This document shows, one piece after another, positions 62,004 to 64,000 of a DNA stretch of 64,000 nucleotides. This stretch comes from Vitrella brassicaformis CCMP3155. Lineage: Eukaryota > Protista > Chromerida. The translations under genes and the position numbers were made by a program. The notes below the pieces were generated by a model that saw only the letters and a program-made list of their open reading frames with translations, ran no database searches and was not told the DNA's origin. The DNA is taken from NCBI GenBank assembly GCA_001179505.1, contig CDMY01000310.1:1-64000 (forward strand), given 5' to 3'. Each line of letters begins with the position of its first letter. Position 1 is the stretch's first letter.

Positions 62004-62527
62004 TTGTCAGTGCGTGTGTGGAAACGATCAACCAGGTGTGGAGGAGCCCGAGGCGTGTTCATCAACATGACGGCCATACCCACAGCCATCTACTACGGTA
62101 CTGACACACACGTACTTACACGCAGAGAGTGGCTGACGTGTGTGTTTGTATGTGTGTTTGTCGACAGGGTGTATCTTGACCCCCTGACGGGTCTGCCCCG
62201 TGTGCTGTTGCATGCCGATCTAGTCAAAGATGCAACGGTGGGCTGTGTGGACGACCTGGTGCTGAGTGGTGGCGGTGGGGGTGAGGAGGGCCGAGCGCAG
62301 GGTTTCAAGAGTGAGAGTGGGTCCACATGGCTGGTGCCTTTCATCCTCAAGAAAGCCAAAGGGAAGCAGGTGCTTGTTCAGCAGGTAAGTAAGCCAGGCA
62401 GACTTACACGTGTGCCACCTACATAATTAATTTGTTGTTGAATTTTGTGTCCCCTTGTGTGGTGTTTGTCTGTCAGCTCTTGTCGCGTCCCTTTGGCGCG
62501 TCTACCTTACATTTGTCATCGCTGTGA
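62004..62527 (+). CDS. Spliced gene fragment with no evident 5' end
   Basis: Exons ~62010-62097, ~62168-62383 and ~62477-62527 give ...CGGARGVFINMTAIPTAIYYG-RVYLDPLTGLPRVLLHADLVKDATVGCVDDLVLSGG...WLVPFILKKAKGKQVLVQQ-LLSRPF...SL*. Confidence 0.4.
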
Positions 62528-62643
62528 CGGTCTCTTGCCAGTCAATAGTCAGTCGTGTCTGCAATGTCGATGTCTGTGTCGGCCTGGCTTGCACTAGTCG
62601 ATCTGGTCTGTCAGTCAGGTCAAGAAGGCAGTCAGTCCGTCCG

Positions 62644-64000
62644 TCAGGGCTGAGGCTGGCCTTGTGCAAAGGCAACAGGCGGTGGTGCCATCGGTGCCAG
62701 TGGCCAACTGCACACACACACACACACACACGTATTCAGGTGTGGGTGTGATGTCATTTTGTCTGTCTTACTATTGCTGCTGCATCACTTGTGGCTGCTG
62801 CATGAACTGAGGTGCCTGGTGCAATGGCATAGACCACATTCATTCATGTGTGTGTTTTCGGTTGCTTTGTGGCTTCCGCTCACTCACCATGAGCGGTGCA
62901 TTCGGTGCATTGTTGTTGAAGACTGGCGGTGATGCCATCAGTGTCTGCGGCAACTGCTGCTGCTGCATCGACTGTCGCCAATTCGCCAACACGCTGAGCG
63001 ACAGAAAGATATACACGAGACAAGAGTCAGGGATTTCATTGGCTGGCTGGCTCATTTACTTGTTGATGTGCGTCTTGTCTGCGTCGGAATTCGGTCTCTG
63101 ACTCAGAGCTGACTGCACCAATTGCACCTGCACAACACACACACACGCACACACATCCGTGCAGTGCACCACTCTCTCCGCTCTCTGTGTATGTTATGTG
63201 TGTGTCTCATTTCTATGCCAGTCGTGACGGAGTCATTGTGTTGCCGTTGTTGTTGTGCGAAGGGTCATTGGAGAGCAGCAATGAGGCAATCTGGCCGAGT
63301 GCATCGACTGACTCAGTGTTGAGACCGGATAAAAGCGTGCCTAGCTCGCTCAAAGCTCGCGACTCCAGAACAACCCGGCAGTTGCGTGTCGTCGTTTGAT
63401 GGTGCGTGAAAGACATGGGACTTGGCCGTCAGGCCGCTTAGGACATTTCGTGAAACCGCTCTCTCTCTCAGAACAACCCGACAAGCCTTCAGATCCGTAC
63501 ACACACGCATCAGGTCATCCTGCTGATTTGAGCGGGGAGTGGCGTCGTGCTGCTGATGGGTGGCTTGTGTGAATTGTGGAAGAAGACCTGCACACACACC
63601 GATGGATGGATGGATAGATGTGTGTCAGACTCTCTGTCTGGCTGGCTGTCTGTCTGTTTCTCTTTGCCGCCGTCTTTGCCCTGTGGCGTGTTCGCTTGCT
63701 CTTTGCCCTCTCGCGATGTGGTGTGACAACTCGAGTGACTCGCTACGCCGTTCTCTCGGCCGAATGCGTCACACGGCCGCATCGCCTCACCTCGTAGGGT
63801 TCAGGGTATCAAACCCTGCACCCACAAACCCTGTCTGTGACCGAGGAGCCATGGCACCCACAAACTCTGCCGCTGCTGGTGGTGCTAGCTCGTTGACCTC
63901 TCTCTGATCTGTCCATCTGAGCATCGAACGAGGTGAGCAGCACACAGATCTGTGAGCAGAAATGCTCGATGGACATAATCCTCTGTCTGTCGGCTCTGTC
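62644..64000 (-). CDS. 3' part of a Gln/Pro-rich hypothetical gene entering from the right edge
   Basis: Exons such as EVNELAPPAAAEFVGAMAPRSQ, VQLVQSALSQRPNSDADKTHINK, SVLANWRQSMQQQQLPQTLMASPP and WPLAPMAPPPVAFAQGQPQP* have GT-AG boundaries. The frame is unclear at 63213-63420. Confidence 0.5.

Larger units (their letters stand above)
1..64000. repeat. Pervasive intronic microsatellites: (CA/GT)n, (GA)n, (GACA)n, (GGAT)n, (CACAC)n
   Basis: Present in nearly every intron, e.g. 296-335, 22430-22470, 29715-29790 and 55740-55785. (GT)n typically precedes the 3' AG. Confidence 0.95.

Noticed and set aside
63790-63832. Telomere-like tagggttcaggg / aaaccctg words
   Set aside because: They fall inside a minus-strand coding exon (GFVGAGFDTLNPTR) and are not tandemly repeated.
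4-64000. Most short six-frame ORFs rich in HTHT, VCVC, TDRQ or ERER
   Set aside because: They are translations of intronic microsatellites, or antisense shadows of GC-rich exons.
1-64000. tRNA, rRNA or CRISPR arrays
   Set aside because: No cloverleaf, rRNA-like segment or repeat-spacer array was seen by eye; no covariance-model scan was run.

Overview
Eukaryotic, GC-rich, very intron-dense genomic DNA. Introns are short and full of (CA/GT)n, (GACA)n and (GGAT)n microsatellites, and there are five 300-N assembly gaps. The style, a bipartite plastid-targeting leader and TT(T)AGGG repeats suggest a chromerid alveolate such as Vitrella; this is an inference, not a lookup. About 20 genes or gene fragments were reconstructed by hand-splicing. 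They include a ~20.7-kb giant HECT E3 ligase, a two-domain organellar EF-P, an RCC1-repeat protein, UBLCP1, a twin-Cys mitochondrial-type membrane protein, an F-box protein, a FAM221-like protein, an RDH-type SDR, a plastid-type CGFS glutaredoxin and ECM29. Two inverted paralogous genes encode secreted two-domain pacifastin-like protease inhibitors. Highlights: (1) a 9-mer, TGCGAGCTT/AAGCTCGCA, sits in nearly every promoter or head-to-head interval; (2) a ~1.4-kb inverted duplication carries the pacifastin-like gene, and one arm has telomeric repeats replacing one copy of that promoter motif; (3) the EF-P lacks domain III and has Arg at the modified-lysine position; (4) two GC-AG introns; (5) a 31-bp duplication of the glutaredoxin start codon region. 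Exon boundaries are manual and approximate.
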